Below are positions 59,558 through 64,000 of a stretch of 64,000 bases of DNA, piece by piece. The translations under genes and the position numbers were made by a program. The first letter of the stretch is position 1. Each line of letters opens with the position of its first letter. This stretch comes from the human T2T-CHM13v2.0 reference genome, Homo sapiens, in assembly GCF_009914755.1 (NCBI RefSeq), contig NC_060930.1; one strand, given 5' to 3'. The notes below the pieces were generated by a model, which had not been told where the DNA came from, searched no databases, and saw only the letters and a list, made by a program, of their open reading frames with translations.

Positions 59558-61019
59558 TATTGGGCAAGATGGAAGACTGAAAGACCAGTTTCTGGTGTTC
59601 AATCTGTGTGTATGTGCTTTCTGTGAGACTGGGGATGTACCCCTTCTTTCATTGACTACTAAAGTCAAACCAAAAGAGCTACATTTAGGGGGGCTAATAG
59701 GGTAGTCTATGGCAGTGCAATGTAGAGAAATAGAGACTGTCTGGGGAAATAATCATGATTACAGTGTGGGAAGAAAAGGAAGATTTAGGTAAAGAGACTG
59801 ATAATCAGTCCTAGTTTATTTTCCTAGTTAGTTTAGCACAAGAAGAGGTCAGCTAAACCCAGGAGTGAAATAGGTTGCACAGTGCACTGCAGAACAGTGT
59901 TTTCAGAGCATCCCTTTAAAAACTGAAGACCACAAAACTAAGATGCTCATGTTAAGTTAGAGAGTAATGTCAAATGAGGACATATGTAATGGTGGCATTC
60001 CTATATGAGGCCAAAATCTGTGTCCAGAGGTCATACCAGGAAGTAAAAAACCAGAAGAACACCCCAGGGAAGAGGCCAGAATCCAGACATTTAAGTAAGA
60101 CAGTAAGAGAATAGAATTGAATTAAGGAAAAATTGGGTTAGGAGTGAGAAAAGGTGTTCAAATTGAACTAAACCTCAGAAGTTGGAGGATAGACACAGGA
60201 TAACCAGGCTTTTACTGGTTTTTGGCACCTTTCTGGGGTAAGTTGATAGGGACTATAAGGAGTTCTCCTAACAGAAACTGACAGTAACAGAAACTGACAG
60301 GATTCTCCGGCCCGTGGCAATTGTGGAAGATTACTGAGGAAGTTAGTACTGGAAATAATGGTCCTGAAATGTTATTTCGTTGTTGCTGGCTGCTCTCTAC
60401 AAAAAAGACTGAGAAGAGAGTATAGAGCGATAGTATATGAAAGAGGGTAGGGAGGAATGATTTAAGTCTTAAACATTCCACAGTATGTAAGGCTTTTACA
60501 TTATAAAATGTAAACAGGACCTTGATGTTAGATGTATGATAATCTAATGTGAAATGTACAAAATCTCCCACTAAGAGGCTTTATAAGAAATAGCTTAGCA
60601 TTTATTTTCAATGACTTTAAAAATGTCCTGACGGGATCTAAGTAACACAATATTTGGATTGTTTTTTAAGGTAATGTTGAGCCCACAGTTTTTTACAGGT
60701 AGTGTGCTAGTATGTCCTATCTCATTTTGTAACTATTATTTTTCACATTTTATAGATGAGAAAATTGAGCTGTAGTGAAGTTAACTATCTTGCTAAAGAT
60801 CACATAGTAAGTGGTAGAACCAGGATTTTAACGCACATTTTATTCCAGGGCCCTAGTTCTTAATGCTTAAACTTGATTATGTCACTGAAAATATTCCTAT
60901 GGGATATAACATCAGAAAAGATAGCGCTTGTACACCACAACTCTAAAGTTGGTGGCGGGGGAAACGGGGAGACCTAGCACCCTTCTAGAAGATTAATCCA
61001 CCAACATTTCAAAATCTTG

Positions 61020-61450
61020 TAAGGAGCTGCGACCCGCTAGGACGGGAGCCTACTGCGCCCTCAAACCCCGCGGCGGCTCCCTCCCCGGAGGGGGCGCGTG
61101 AGGCCACCACCCAGAGCCTCTTCCTAGAGGAGCCGGAAGCATCGGGAGCCGCGGTACCCGCCCATCTTCCGGCCAGGATGTGTGGTCCTGGTGAGCGATT
61201 GTCCTGTGGCGTCCGGGACCGAGTTTGTGGCCCAGGGTTATGTGTGCACTTCACACCTCTGACTTTTTTCAGGGTTCCTATTGATGGTTAGGAGCAGGAT
61301 TTCGGGGATGAAGGCGGCAGCAGCAAGAGGAGGCTGCGACTGCGGACCCCAGATTCGTCCCCCTCCACCACACACAACGCCAAGACGGGCCCCAGGAGGG
61401 CGTGAAGAGAAGACTTCCTTTCCTCTCCTCTCGCCTCCTGGCGCTGGCCG
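61020..61450 (+). promoter_or_regulatory. ZSCAN12P1: CpG island / probable promoter and exon 1 of the SCAN pseudogene
   Basis: CpG-rich; ETS-like CCGGAAG ~61133; candidate donor CTG|GTGAGC after 61190. Confidence 0.6.
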
Positions 61451-61680
61451 TATGAAGGTGTCTCCCAGAAGCATTAGCAGAGGAGCCCTGTGGGAGAAAT
61501 GAGGTGTATAGTCACACTTAAATCTGTTTATGCTGTCATTGAACCTCTAAACACAATTGGATCATTTTCTAATGATCAGAAGTGTTATCTGTAGATGTAT
61601 TTGTAGTGAGACACATTAGCATGCTTGCTTTGGTGTCTTAATTTTATAATATTTGTAGTCAAGCGTCACATTGTTTCTAT

Positions 61681-62150
61681 TGTTAAACTTAAAAAAAGCT
61701 TACTCGCAAATGAGAAATGAAGATTATAACCTAGAATGCACAGAATGGCAAGCTACTAACGCATTCAACGAGGGAAGGGTAAAGGCAAGTTTTTATTAAC
61801 AAAAAGAGAGGTTCACATAAGCTGCTTAGAGACCGTGTTCATTGGTTTCAGAGGCTCAAAGCTGGAGTTGTCAGTTCATTGGTGGAGATGCCATAATTAT
61901 GCAAGTGTTCTTTCCAGAACATCGTGTCTGAATTACAGCAGTGCTATAAAGAATGTCTACTGATAAACCTTGTCAAAGCAGGAGATGCATGGAGGAAATG
62001 AAATGGTTTCTTATGCGGTGTTTAGAAAGTCCTTGGAAACAGTTCTTATCTCAAACATGTAAGCATGAACCTCCTCTCCTTCATGCCATCCCCGCCGTAT
62101 TTTATCTGGGTCTGACAAAAGTGATTTCATCCTCGTATCTGAAATTTTCA
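61681..62150. mobile_element. Old LTR (MER31/MER67-like, uncertain)
   Basis: TG...CA bounded ~470-bp block resembling recalled ERV1 LTRs. Confidence 0.4.
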
Positions 62151-62445
62151 AATCATATTATAAATTGTATGTCTGTCTTACCTAGTTTGTGCTTTCTGTC
62201 GCACATGATAAAATTCACCCGAATTGTTCATTTTCCTTTTGAATTGGTGGTTTGAATCAATGAATTTCAAGATAACTAGACGTCTTTAATCTTAAAAAAA
62301 AAAGTTCTTAGCAACCTTTTCATTTCTGCGAGTTAGTAATGATTTATTTTGCCTTAGGAGTGACCCAAAAGAAACTTGCTCAAGGACAGCCTCCTTAAAG
62401 CAGACTTCCATATACCCCAACCTGCAAAAGAAGACTTTACGTGAA

Positions 62446-62860
62446 ATGTTACAGCCCATAACAGCTGCAGCCTTGACTATTAAATCTCAAAGGGAATAAA
62501 AAAGTCGCCTGACAGTTAAAGCAGAGGACTACACTTGGGGCCAAGAATATGGGCTACTTCATATGGAAGAACTCCAGCAACCGGGAGGTAGCTCATCAGA
62601 ACGTTAGGCATTTCTGCTACCAGGAGACACCTGGACCCCGTAAGGCTGTGAGCTGATTCTGGGAACTTTGCCATCAGTGGCTGAGGCCAGAGACCCACAC
62701 CAAAGAACAGATCCTGGAATTGCTGGTGCTGGAGCAGTTCTTGACTATCCTGCCAGAGGAGCTCCAAGCCCGGATGTTAGAGCATCAGCCGGAGAACAGA
62801 GAGGAAATGGTGATCATATCGGAGGATTTGGAAAGAGAGCTTGATGAAACAGAATATCGG
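62446..62860 (+). pseudogene. ZSCAN12P1: SCAN-domain pseudo-exon
   Basis: ..[74 protein letters not shown]; TAA 62497-62499, a frameshift, TGA 62654-62656; donor gt at 62861. Confidence 0.82.
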
Positions 62861-63159
62861 GTGTGATTAAAAGGCACATGAACACCCTAGCCAGAGAAAG
62901 AAGCAGCCATACATCCAGGGAAGCAAGGTTGCAGAGCTCAATCTCCACTCCCTCCCGCTTGATATGTAAGTCTCTATGTTTCGTACTCTCATCCTTTCTG
63001 GTTAGCTCCTTACTTCTTAAGGGTGGAAGAAGACTGTGTCAGCATTCTTTCTCTATTCTATGCCCTGAGATGTGTTCTCTAAGATGTCTTTTAAAGATAG
63101 TAACTGTGGTTCCATCATTGAGTCTTTCACAAGCCCAGCCATATCTAATTGTTCCCAAG

Positions 63160-63300
63160 TTGCAGCCAGTGCATATGGAATGGGACTGCACTCAGAATAT
63201 CATCATCAAGCAGCACAGGAGCCACCAACTATTCCTTTCCAGCCAATGAAAAGACAGCTTAAATGGGAATATCCAGAATTCCAGGCCATTCATGAGCAAG
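63160..63300 (+). pseudogene. ZSCAN12P1: Probable linker exon of the SCAN pseudogene
   Basis: AQEPPTIPFQPMKRQLKWE resembles ZSCAN post-SCAN linkers; strong donor AAG|GTGAGC at 63301; 5' boundary uncertain. Confidence 0.5.
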
Positions 63301-64000
63301 GTGAGCATCACAGTCCATCTCGAGAGAAAGGGAGTGGTTGAAAGCTCTGCCAGCTACCCAGGCTGAACAGCATCAGGAGCATCTCAGACATAATCCACCA
63401 TGCTGAATCAGATGGAAGGTCCATCTCCTGAAGTACTACATTCCAGCTTATGTGGCACCAACAAGACCTGATGCAGAATGGCGTAATGCTGTCCTCCCTC
63501 ATATCAGCCTCAGCAGGAAGTTGTACACCAGCTTCCGTAATTTCCTTTAAAAAGCTATTCTAGGCCACTGTCATTAAAAAAATACCTTTACTTTTTTGTA
63601 ATATTTTCATAATATATAATTTCATAGCCCAACCTCTACTACACACTTAGTGCTTTCTCTGTAAAGTAGAATTTACTTTTTTGTCTTAAAATTACCTTTT
63701 CTGAATCCCCTGGATCACCTAAATCCATTTTGTACCCTCTTTTCTGTTCCCTTTTAATAGAAGCTACATCATTGACCTGATGTTTTAGACTCATCTAAAC
63801 ATTTTTATTCTTTAGTCCCTGTTGTCTTTAATTCAAACATTACACATAATTCTAAAATATCCCTTAGGTCAGTCATCTTCAGTATTACTTCCTCATTGGA
63901 CCCATTACTTCCAGCTTCAGTATGCTTGAATTTGTCCTGACTCTCAATAGAAACAAATTATTTTTCTCTTACCTGTCACTTTCCGCATGCTATCTTCAGA

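Overview
Human genomic DNA (it carries a human-specific AluYb8) that I recognise as the chr6p22.1 extended-MHC boundary between an olfactory-receptor (OR) cluster and the SCAN zinc-finger cluster. Gene order: OR2W2P-like pseudogene (+, 3.6-4.5 kb), OR2B7P-like pseudogene (+, 16-17 kb), OR2B8P (-, single 1-bp frameshift), OR1F12 (+, C-terminus replaced by an AluYb8), ZNF165 (+, 3 coding exons, 485 aa SCAN-C2H2) and the start of the SCAN pseudogene ZSCAN12P1 (+). The rest is mostly Alu, L1, MIR, LTR and DNA-transposon relics. Gene and repeat names come from recall, not database searches. I see no evidence of a wholly new biological system. The most notable structures read directly from the sequence are: (1) a palindromic AT-rich region whose 109-bp inverted arms enclose a near-perfect 414-bp copy of sequence 3.5 kb away, leaving direct repeats around OR2B8P; (2) a decayed first coding exon of a third SCAN gene on the minus strand inside the OR cluster; (3) the reconstructable pre-Alu C-terminus of OR1F12; (4) two LTR10-type LTRs with AP-1 sites bracketing the ZNF165 promoter; (5) a ~96% identical inverted Alu pair; (6) a retroviral env immunosuppressive-domain relic.
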